Positions 11,341-20,654 of a DNA stretch of 32,719 bases are shown here, one piece after another. A program made the translations under genes and the position numbers. Location: assembly GCA_000388065.2 (NCBI GenBank), contig KB932207.1. The stretch is one strand, 5' to 3'. The notes below the pieces were generated by a model, which worked only from the letters and a program-made list of their open reading frames with translations, was not told the DNA's origin and ran no database searches. The first letter of the stretch is position 1. The number at the start of each line of letters is the position of its first letter. This stretch comes from Fonticula alba ATCC 38817 (taxonomy: Eukaryota > Protista > Nucleariida).

Positions 11341-11750
11341 NNNNNNNNNNNNNNNNNNNNNNNNNNNNNNNNNNNNNNNNNNNNNNNNNNNNNNNNNNNN
11401 NNNNNNNNNNNNNNNNNNNNNNNNNNNNNNNNNNNNNNNNNNNNNNNNNNNNNNNNNNNNNNNNNNNNNNNNNNNNNNNNNNNNNNNNNNNNNNNNNNNN
11501 NNNNNNNNNNNNNNNNNNNNNNNNNNNNNNNNNNNNNNNNNNNNNNNNNNNNNNNNNNNNNNNNNNNNNNNNNNNNNNNNNNNNNNNNNNNNNNNNNNNN
11601 NNNNNNNNNNNNNNNNNNNNNNNNNNNNNNNNNNNNNNNNNNNNNNNNNNNNNNNNNNNNNNNNNNNNNNNNNNNNNNNNNNNNNNNNNNNNNNNNNNNN
11701 NNNNNNNNNNNNNNNNNNNNNNNNNNNNNNNNNNNNNNNNNNNNNNNNNN
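11341..11750. other. Assembly gap (410 N)
   Basis: Run of n in the sequence. Confidence 1.
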
Positions 11751-13539
11751 CCCCCCGCCCCCTCTTTCGGAGCTCGGCGGGCATATTGCATGCCCCGCCG
11801 CGCGCTTGGCCGCGGCCCACTGCCCTCCTCGCCGTGCCCCCGCCCGAATCTTGCACACATCCAAACAAACGCCTCCACACATCCAGCCAGCCAGTCAGCC
11901 AGAAAGGCAGACAGACAAGTCCATCAGAGAGGTAACTGCGGCCTGGGCGAGGGGCGGGAAAGGATGGACTGCCACCTCCCAAAGGATCCCCCCCCCTCCA
12001 GCTGTGGATGCTCTCGCGAAAAGAGCTTATCCGGGTTTCCGACTGCGCGCCACCCGTTCTCGCCGTCCCCCCGGCCGTGCCCTCTCGCGGCCGCCGCAGT
12101 GCCGGGACTTCCCGCGGGGCCGAATCGTGGGGTAGACGTTCTCGCCAATGGAGGCGGCCGAAGAGACGACCATCGTGAATGGGCATATCACTGGATATCC
12201 CAACGAAGCCAGTGTGACTGGCAAACCGGGCGCACGCCTCAGAACGCCCGCCACCAGAACGCTGGCCAACGTATGCGGGTCCTCCGCCTCCCAGCCCGGG
12301 GCTCACGCTCGCCGGCCTCGGGGGGGGGCGGGCGCGGCAGGAAGGGGCTGCCACACGACCTGTGCCGGAAGACCGAACAGGGCCCGCGCCCCAGGGTCCC
12401 CCCGCCCCCCATCCCTCGGAGAGGGCCTCGCCCATCTGCGCGCGGCAAGCAGCCTCCCCGAAGTGAGGTCCATGGTGGGACCCCGGTTACGGAAGAACCG
12501 TTCGCCATGGCCCGGGCAGGCCAGCCGGTGCTGAGATGCACCCCCGACCGAAACCGGCCAAGGAGGCCCGGCCCCTCAGCGCCCAAGGCCGCGGGGCGTC
12601 AGCACGCGCACAACCCCCCCCCCCCCTCCTTTCCCCGGAGCACAGGGGGCATGTGTATGCGCGTGTGTCGTGCTTTGGCGCCTGCGAGTGCCCGTGTGCG
12701 TGTGTGACAGCCCCGCCGGGGAGGGCCTGGCGCGCGGCGTGACCCGCGTCCTGCCGCCGCGCCGGACCGGGTTAATTTAATCCACGCGCGAGGAACACAC
12801 TTCCGCCGCGTGGGCACATGATATGCCGCGGCGCGGCGTGGTCAGATCTCGGCGCGCGCGGCGCGCGCGTTGTCTCTCGGGCCAGCGATCCGGGGGTGCC
12901 TGGCGCGCCTCGGCGCACATGCAGCCACACGGCCGGCGGGGCCCATCGTGCGGAGCAGCGAGCGCGGTCGACACGAGGGGGGGGGGGGGGACCGCCCAGG
13001 CCCCGTTCGGGTCGGCGGCCTCTCCGCTCCCCCTTCAAGGGCCTGCCCAATCTCCCAGGCATGTGTGCTGCCGGATAGATCCCCCTCCCTCTCGCCCCTC
13101 CCCTGCCCCGCGCACTCTTCCCTGCCCCCTCCCCCTTGGTCCTTCTCCCTCTTTCCCTCCTCCTTCCCAAGCCCACCCCCTCTCCTTCCTTGCCATCTGG
13201 CTTTGTTGCCCACACATACATCCCTCCCCCCCCCCCTTGTCCCTGGTCTCTCGTCTCCCCTGCCACCAAAGCGTGCCCCGTTCGCCGCCCCGCCCTCCCA
13301 TCCCGGCATCCCTCTTGGCTTAGACCTTCCGCTGGCGAGCGCGGCCAAGATGTACGCCCGCCCTGTCTCTCTCTCTCTCTCTCTCTCTACCTCTGCCGCA
13401 CCCTCCATCCCTCCCGCCTCGCAGGATCTTCCCTCATCCTACCATCCCCTTCTTGCTCACCCTCCCCTCGCTCCCTGGCCTCCTCGCTCCTCCTCCTTCA
13501 GATCGACCAAGCGCGCGCGCGCCCTCTGTCCCATCAAAC

Positions 13540-16500
13540 ATGATGTCCCTTCCGTATTTGCTCACCCGGCCGGCCGGCCAGGCTGCATTCACCATGCCGC
13601 AGTGGGCCCCGGGCTCCGGGCTACTCCTCGCCCGGGCTCTGGCCACCTATCATTCCGGAGCCGGAAACCAGGATGAGAATAGCGTCAGTTTGAACATTTT
13701 CAAAGCCGCTCGTCGTCGAGCGCCGGCCACCTCGGCCTCGGCATCTGCCGCCACCAGCACCGCGGCCGGGTCCGCCGCCGCCCCCGAGGACCCCGGCTCG
13801 GGGAGCTGGGCCGCGCGCCAGCACGCGCAACTTGCCCGGCACCCGGATCGCAAGGGCAACCCCGGGTATGCCTATCTTGCAGGGTTTGGCACCATCTCCG
13901 AAGGGGGCAACAATGCAGCCCCGGAGGGAGAGGCCGAACCGACCGGCGACGACAAGGAACTTGCCCCTGCGGCCCTGCGGCGGCAGAAGCGCCTCTTGCG
14001 CCAGCGCCAGCGGTCGCAGTCGCGCAAGTCGTCCGACCACCAGTGTGACCATGATCACAGCTGTGGCGATGATCATGACGATGCCGATGATGCCGATGAT
14101 GCCGATGATGCTGATGGGACGGACGGTGTTTATGACAGCGCTGATGAGCACCACACCGCGTCGGACTGCGACCATGACCATTCCCACGGCCACGGCTCCT
14201 CCCCCGCTGGCGGCCAAGCCAAGCGGCCCCCCTCGCGCCGGGCCGCCAACCACCGGTCCCACTCATGGTCCAGGAGTGCCATCTCCCCGGGCGAGGTGAA
14301 GACCTTCATGCGCCGGGTCAAGGGCAACATGTGTCTGCTGTGTGGCACCCACCCAAGCAGCCAGCCCTGCCTGAATCCGCAGCTCCAAAAGCTCGGGCTC
14401 ACCTTCATCCACAACCGGAATCCCTTTTCCTACATTTCGGCCCAGGAGTACTCCTTCTCCTCGGCGTGCGTCTTTTGCGGCGAGGTGAACCACGCGTCCG
14501 CCGACTGTCGCCTTGCCCGGCGCATCGGCGTCAGCTACTCGCCGAATGGGTTTTCCCGGCCGTCGGAGCTGACCCTGGCCCTGTCGAGCCAGGGCCTGTG
14601 CTCCTTTTGCCTGGCCCCCCACTCGTCATGGGACTGCCCGGATCGGCCCTACTACGCCGGTGTTTCGACGCCGGTCCCCTGCAAGGACAGCCAGGCTCTG
14701 AGCCAGCGCTTTTCGGCCGACCTGTGCGTGGTGTGCGGCAAGCACTCCTATGCCGATGTCTGTCCGGAACTCCTGTCCCAGGGGGTCATCTATGTGGGGC
14801 ATGCCTTTCCCTTTGGCCGCCTGGTCAAGGACGTGGCCCGGAGCCAGCACGCCCTGGCCATGACCCCGATGCTGACCACGCCGGTGCGCATGCCGCCGCA
14901 TTTCAACCGCGAGAACTACCCCAACATGGATCCGCGGTCGTTGTCGGTGCTGGAGCAATTCTACCGCCTGCGCAAGGAACAGGGCTTCACCCTGCAGCCG
15001 GATCAGTGTGCCATTTGCGGGCTGACGCACCCGGTGCCGGGGCTTTGTCAGCCGGCTTTGCGGGCTGGCTACCGGTTTACGCATGACTTCAACCGGTACA
15101 TCTATTCCTCGGCTCTGGTCCGCTCAGCGGCCCAGGGGACCCTGTCGAACAATTTCCACCAGCGCTCGGCCACCCCCTTCGGCGACCCCTTCTTCACGGC
15201 GGCGATCCAGGGCCAGCGACTGAACCCGCGCCCGTGGGCTGAGGGCGAATCGGCGAGCGGCTCGGCCGCCGGTTCCCCGGCCGTCGGGTCCATGTTCACC
15301 GGCACGGGCATGGCCAATTACCCGGATGACCAGTCTCTCGGCGAGTCAGACGAGCTGACCCCCGGCATCTCGCTGACCCCCTTCCGGACCATCCCTCCCA
15401 CCGGGATCCGGGGCCAGGAGCCGCGCATCATCCAGCCGGCCAGTCGCGTGCAATTGTCCAATTCCCTGCGCCTGTTGAAGTCCATCGGGACCAAGGTCCA
15501 CCACCGGTTCTTGCCATACTCCAGCCTCCTGGCCACCGAGGGACAATCCCTGTGTGGCTATTGCTTCGAGCATAGTGCGCACTTGCCGTGCCCGGTTCTC
15601 CAGCGCCTGGACATCTTGCTGCAGTACAACATCTTCCACCTGCCGGCGCAGGCGACCCAGGACCAGCGCCTCCGCGAGGGCTTGTGCCCGGTGTGCGGCA
15701 CCCATCCGGCCACGGTGTCCTGCTTCCTGTACGACGTGCTGGCATTGGACCCGCGCAATCCGCTGCTCCGGCTGCCGGGGCTGATGTCCACGCGCAATGA
15801 CCTCGGCATGTGCCGGCTGTGTGGGCTCCACGCCAAGGACACCCCCTGCCGGGCCATCAACAGCCTCGGCTGGGAGGTCAACTCGCATGCCTTCAACATG
15901 CGCAAGACCCGGCAATACCCGCTGGAAATGAATGGCATGTGCTCCTTCTGCGGGCGGCATTCCAATACGGAGGCCTGCCCGCACTTCCCCTCCACGTCGG
16001 CCCTCTATGTGCGGAATACGCTGGTCGTGTCGCCCTTCATGCAGGAGCTCTCCTCCCGGCATGACATTTGCCCCACCTGCTTCGGGCACAGCCAGCTGAG
16101 CAAGTGCCCGGTGGCGCATCAGGTCAATTTGCGCACCTACCCGCGCTTCCAGAACCCCATGCTGCCGGTGACCGTGCGCAAGCAGGGGCTCTACTATACG
16201 CCGGAGCCGCACCCGGATCCCATCTACCTGCCGGATGAGCAGGTGATGGTGGTGCGCCGGAGCCAGATCGGGGAGATATGTGCCATTTGTCTGAAGGACC
16301 ATCCTCCCTCGGAGCGCTGTGTGTCCCTCTTTGAGGGGGAGAATTTGGTGCAATTGCGCAAGCAGCTGTACCGCCGGGCGGTGGCGTCCACCATTTGCGA
16401 GATGTGCCCCCTGTGCTCGGCCCATCCGCTGGATGAGCCCTGTCCGTACTACCTGTCGCCGGAGCGCCTGACCCGGGTGCGTGTGACGCAGGAGCGCCGG

Positions 16501-17568
16501 GCGGAGCGTGCCCGGCGCGAGGGCCTGCCCATTCCGTCCAACCGCCCGGGGCGCAATCCGCACCACTCGGCCGGGCCCGGCATCGCCGGGACCAACAGCC
16601 AGCAGCCCCTGGACTCGATGATCATCACGGCGGTGGTGTCGCATGGCGGCCGCAAGGGCTCGGTCCTGCTTCGGGGCCGGCTGCACTTGCACCCGAATGA
16701 GCTGGAAGAGCGCCTGCAAAGCCAACGGTGCCTGTACTGTGGCCTGCATGGGAATGCCCAGCCGTGCGCCCTCATGGCGTCTCTCGGGTTCGTGGTGACC
16801 GGGCCCCATCGGCAATTGCAAATGGCGGCCGAGGCTCGTGCCGTGGCCGAGGACCTGGGCCTGTGCCTGCGGTGCTTCTCACATCACCGGTCGCGGCCGT
16901 GCGACGAGTCGGTGGCCAACAGCGCGGCCGGCCGGGCTGGCCTGCCGCTGGCCGTGTCGGATGAGCTCTTCGCGCGGTACTTTGATCCGGAATCGCCGGA
17001 CTTCCGGGCCCCCAGCGGCCCGGCCTCCCTGGGCACCGCCGGGCGCAAGATGAATGTCCTGCTGCCGGCCGAGTACTTCGAGTCCGTGTCGCCGGTCAAC
17101 TCGTCGCTGAACTTCTCGCACAACTTCCTGCGCACGGTGTCCATCATCCGGGACACCCTGCTCAAGAATCACATCTACAAGCCGTGTCTCTTCTGCGATG
17201 TGGTGCACGGGCATGAGCCCTGCCCGCAGCTGACCAAGCTGGGCTTCATCCACAATGGCCACTCGCGCAATCCGCTGCAGGTGCGCCTGGATGTGTTGAT
17301 TTCTCGGAATATCGCACGGAACTGCGGCATTTGCGGCTCGCATCCGGATTCGCTCGAGTGCCCGATCGTGGCGCAAATGGGCGTGCGCTTCGTCAACAAC
17401 CGCTTCTATCCCCAGACAAACATCGAGTCGAACAAGCGCAACCACTGCCACCTGTGTCTGCTGCACCTGGCCAGCGAGCAGTGCCCCTTCCTGTCGTTGG
17501 TTCACCAGTCGACGCCGACCCGGGCGCGCGATCCCCTGGCCAAGCTCCGCATTGCCAACAACCTGTGA
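13540..17568 (+). CDS. Large intronless protein with 17 tandem atypical CCHC zinc-knuckle-like repeats; probable in-frame extension through UGA to 17700. Start at 13540 or 13594
   Basis: ORF of about 1340 codons with 17 C-x2-C-x(2-4)-H-x(4-5)-C motifs from 14332 to 17484 and a His/Asp-rich N-terminal tract. Confidence 0.88.
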   Translation: MMSLPYLLTRPAGQAAFTMPQWAPGSGLLLARALATYHSGAGNQDENSVSLNIFKAARRRAPATSASASAATSTAAGSAAAPEDPGSGSWAARQHAQLARHPDRKGNPGYAYLAGFGTISEGGNNAAPEGEAEPTGDDKELAPAALRRQKRLLRQRQRSQSRKSSDHQCDHDHSCGDDHDDADDADDADDADGTDGVYDSADEHHTASDCDHDHSHGHGSSPAGGQAKRPPSRRAANHRSHSWSRSAISPGEVKTFMRRVKGNMCLLCGTHPSSQPCLNPQLQKLGLTFIHNRNPFSYISAQEYSFSSACVFCGEVNHASADCRLARRIGVSYSPNGFSRPSELTLALSSQGLCSFCLAPHSSWDCPDRPYYAGVSTPVPCKDSQALSQRFSADLCVVCGKHSYADVCPELLSQGVIYVGHAFPFGRLVKDVARSQHALAMTPMLTTPVRMPPHFNRENYPNMDPRSLSVLEQFYRLRKEQGFTLQPDQCAICGLTHPVPGLCQPALRAGYRFTHDFNRYIYSSALVRSAAQGTLSNNFHQRSATPFGDPFFTAAIQGQRLNPRPWAEGESASGSAAGSPAVGSMFTGTGMANYPDDQSLGESDELTPGISLTPFRTIPPTGIRGQEPRIIQPASRVQLSNSLRLLKSIGTKVHHRFLPYSSLLATEGQSLCGYCFEHSAHLPCPVLQRLDILLQYNIFHLPAQATQDQRLREGLCPVCGTHPATVSCFLYDVLALDPRNPLLRLPGLMSTRNDLGMCRLCGLHAKDTPCRAINSLGWEVNSHAFNMRKTRQYPLEMNGMCSFCGRHSNTEACPHFPSTSALYVRNTLVVSPFMQELSSRHDICPTCFGHSQLSKCPVAHQVNLRTYPRFQNPMLPVTVRKQGLYYTPEPHPDPIYLPDEQVMVVRRSQIGEICAICLKDHPPSERCVSLFEGENLVQLRKQLYRRAVASTICEMCPLCSAHPLDEPCPYYLSPERLTRVRVTQERRAERARREGLPIPSNRPGRNPHHSAGPGIAGTNSQQPLDSMIITAVVSHGGRKGSVLLRGRLHLHPNELEERLQSQRCLYCGLHGNAQPCALMASLGFVVTGPHRQLQMAAEARAVAEDLGLCLRCFSHHRSRPCDESVANSAAGRAGLPLAVSDELFARYFDPESPDFRAPSGPASLGTAGRKMNVLLPAEYFESVSPVNSSLNFSHNFLRTVSIIRDTLLKNHIYKPCLFCDVVHGHEPCPQLTKLGFIHNGHSRNPLQVRLDVLISRNIARNCGICGSHPDSLECPIVAQMGVRFVNNRFYPQTNIESNKRNHCHLCLLHLASEQCPFLSLVHQSTPTRARDPLAKLRIANNL

Positions 17569-17787
17569 CTTACCTGTGGCAACCATGAGTACCGCGAGGA
17601 CATGGCCAACTGCCCGCGTGCCGCCGAGGCGGCAGCCGTCCGCCGGTCGGCCGATTCCACCCGCCGCCGGACGGAGATGTCCCGGTTGCGCACCATGTGA
17701 TGGGGGACCGGCGGGAGGCCCTTTGCCCGGTCTTGTCTACTTCCCCCCCCCTCCCCCCTCCCCCCTCCCCTCTCCTCTCTTTCCTTT

Positions 17788-17822
17788 GCCCTCTGCCCTC
17801 TGCCCTCTGCCCTCTGCCCTCT
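17788..17822 (+). repeat. (GCCCTCT)5 heptamer tandem repeat downstream of the zinc-finger gene
   Basis: Seen directly. Confidence 0.85.
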
Positions 17823-18237
17823 GCCTCCTCCTGTGCTGGCGGTAGGGACACACACACACACACAGGCAGGGGGGGGGTCTGTGTGTGGTCACCCCCTAGA
17901 TGCACGCACACATGCATGCCACCTCTCCCCCGACGCAAGTGTGCACCGCACGCGCTGTGGCCCCACGATGCCCGAAAATAGACAATATCCAAAATCACAT
18001 GACCCCGCTCTCGCGATCGGGCTTTTCTCGCCCCGCCCTGTGTGCCGCGCGCAGCATGCCCCGCCACACCGCCCCCGCCCGCCCCTCCTCCTCCAGATCT
18101 TGCCGTCCGCCGTGCTGGGGTCTCCCCGACGTCTGCTCCGCCCCTCGCCCCCTCCGCCCCGCCCCGCCCCGCCCCGCCTCTTTTTTTCCCGCCGCCTCCG
18201 TCACCGGCTGCCCGTCCGAGCCTTCCCTCAGGGCGCC

Positions 18238-18727
18238 ATGCCAGCCTCGTCGGACAGGGGTCCGTCGATCGACCAGCCGGCGGGGTCGCCCGGGCCGGAT
18301 CTCCCCCTGGGCATGGCCGCTGACCTGGGGCAACCACTCGCGCCGCAGTCGCTGGCCTTGGTGTTGCAGTCGCCACCAGCCCCGGCCACCACCCCGGCCG
18401 CGACCGTAGCTCACGCTCTGCCGACCATGCCATCGGATTTCCACTTCCAGAGTCGCCTCAGCTCGGATCCCTGGTCGCTGGCGGCCCTGGCCCAAGCGTG
18501 GCGGCATGCTGAGCCCTTGCTGCCAGGGCCTCTGGCACGCCCCCTCTGCGAGGCCGACTCCACGCCCGGCCCATGGTGGCTGCCATCCTGGTGCCCTGGC
18601 GATGATCCACTCCTGGAGGATATGGAGTATGTGCCGCCCGCGGCTTCCCTGCTTTCCTGGGCGTGGCCCTCGCAGGTGTACTGATCTCCACCTGACCCCT
18701 GTCCCCTCACCTCTGTTCCCTCGCTCG

Positions 18728-18790
<63 letters not shown>

Positions 18791-20433
18791 GCGCGCGCGC
18801 GCCCGCCCGTCTATCTCCCCTTGTGTCCCCCTCTCGCTTCTTTCGGGCCCCCGGCTCACACAGTGTCGCGGCCCTCAAGCACGAGCACCTCACCCAGCTG
18901 GTGTTCCATGCGATTGACCCGCGGCCGCCGAGCACCTCGACACAGGAGGCCTCCGGCGAGACCGGGGCGCCGCGCTCGGTGGCCGAGCGTCTTGCCTCGC
19001 CCACCGCGCCCGTGTCATCTCAGCACCTCCTGCGGTCGGTCCGGCCAACGGGCGAGTCCCTTTGCCGGGTGAATGTGACGGACCTGCCCAACACCCGAAG
19101 CACATACCTGGCTGATGAGCCGACGATCGACCCGCGCGCGCGAGACGCCTTTCGAGCTCGGTATGGCGGCTCGCCCGCGGCCGGACCCGAGCAGGAGCTG
19201 CTGCTGGATCTGACGGTCTTCCTGCCGCCCTGCCTGACTCCGAACAGCTCGCAGACCCGGGCCCCGGCGTCCGGCAGGATGACGCACATCCGGGCCCCGG
19301 CGTCGGCCACTCTCGGGCACATTGCGAATCTGATCGCGTGCCCCCTGCTGCGGCCGGCGTCGGAAACGCCGGCCGAGACGAAAGGCGCCGCCGAGATCGC
19401 GCCCCCTGTCGCGGCCGACGGTGATCTCCCCCGCCCGGGGCGACTCTTCCTCGTGGAGGGGGTCCTGTATGAGGACACCCAGCATGCGGACGCCCCGTGC
19501 CTCAGCAGGTGCATGACCTATGACCACCCCTCGCGCCACGCCCAACATGCGGTGCTCACTCGCTGCGTTGCCCTCCATCGCCTCCGCTCCCCGCCCCCCT
19601 CCCCCCCCTCCCCTCCCCATCTCCCTAGTCACATCCAGGAGTGGGTGACCACACCCGGGCGATCGTTGCCACCACACCTATGCCCCCCGGCGGCTGGCAC
19701 CTGGCATCCGGGTCGCTCTGGCGAGAGGCATCCCCGGCTGGAGGTTCGCCCCCTTGGAACCCAGCGCCTGGATCAGATCCCCGAGGCGCTGCGTCTTTTT
19801 CAGCCCTACCTCTTTGCGCATGAGCTGGTGGATCCGCTGCTGCGGGGCACAGCCAGCGGGCATTCCATTTGCGAGCATGTTGTCTGTGTCACAGATGTCC
19901 GGTGCGTCTCAAAAAGGCGCCCCCCCCCCCCCCGCTCCTGCGAACAGATGCCCTGACCTTGGATTTGTGTGTCTACCGATCCCTCCTCTTTCCCCGCCGG
20001 CCCTGTCCCTCCTCCTCGTCCCCTTGTCCGGGCCTGGTGGGGGTCGTGAAGAACGCCCACGCCGTATGATTACAAGGTGCCCAAGCCGGGCATGCAGCCA
20101 ACTCTGGACCATCTGCCGGCGGCTCGGCAATTTGCCCGGCCCTTCGATGTCTATTGCGACGTTTGCCAAGATCGCCAGTCTAGCCATATGGTCCAGATTT
20201 CCGAGCAGGCAGCCTCGGCGATGGCCCTTCCCCAGTCGCCGGCTTTGTCGGGGAGCTCGGCCCCGGCCGATGCCCCAGCCGCCGGGACCAGCTTCCCCTC
20301 GCCCTTCGAGTTCACACACCTCTGCCAAGGGTGCTTCAATGCCCTGCTCTTCGATGCTGACGGCAATCCCCTCTGGGATACGAGCGAGCTGCGCGTGGTA
20401 TCCGACCATCCGGCGGCCGAATACAACGACTAG
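18238..20433 (+). CDS. SNAPC3: snRNA-activating protein complex subunit 3 (SNAP50), 4 predicted exons (18238-18677, 18864-19508, 19629-19901, about 20052-20433)
   Basis: LFLVEGVLYED, PYLFAH...CEHVVCVTDVR and CDVC...CQGCFNALLFDADGNPL match the SNAPC3 motifs (FFIEGTFYND, YLYCHQGDCEH, CxxC...CDVCFRMLHYDSEGNKL) as I recall them. First exon and last acceptor are less certain. Confidence 0.8.
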
Positions 20434-20654
20434 GGCGCTGTACCCGCGTCTTTTCTCCTTCTCGACTTTGCCTTTGGGCTCCCCCGTCTTTCTCACGACG
20501 TTCTCTTCCTTTTTTTTTCCTCCCCCCCCGCTGCCGCGGTGTATATTGCGATGTACGAGAAGGGGGTGCAAATGCGCAGAGGCGAAGGGAGAGAGGCAGG
20601 GAGGGGGGGGGGGGGGCGGCCTGGCGGGAGCCCGGGCGGCGAGACGGGAAGAGC

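Noticed and set aside
7161-12828. TGATATGCC 9-mer three times in non-coding DNA (7161 +, 12182 -, 12819 +)
   Set aside because: Picked post hoc, with no consistent position relative to starts or stops.
13540-17568. Zinc-knuckle array as a retrotransposon Gag
   Set aside because: Only one finger has Gag spacing, and no protease, RT, integrase, LTRs or poly(A) tail are visible.
17567-17576. GACTTACCTG overlapping the UGA: antisense CAG|GTAAGT donor, and identical to part of the U1 5' end
   Set aside because: No supportable antisense gene and no U1 stem-loops or Sm site nearby; a single 10-mer is plausible by chance.
17697-18050. SECIS candidates at GTGA 17697 (followed by a GACCGG/CCGGTC hairpin) and ATGA 17999
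   Set aside because: Neither shows the apical AA and a 3' GA of the quartet in the right register by manual inspection. SECISearch3 is still needed.
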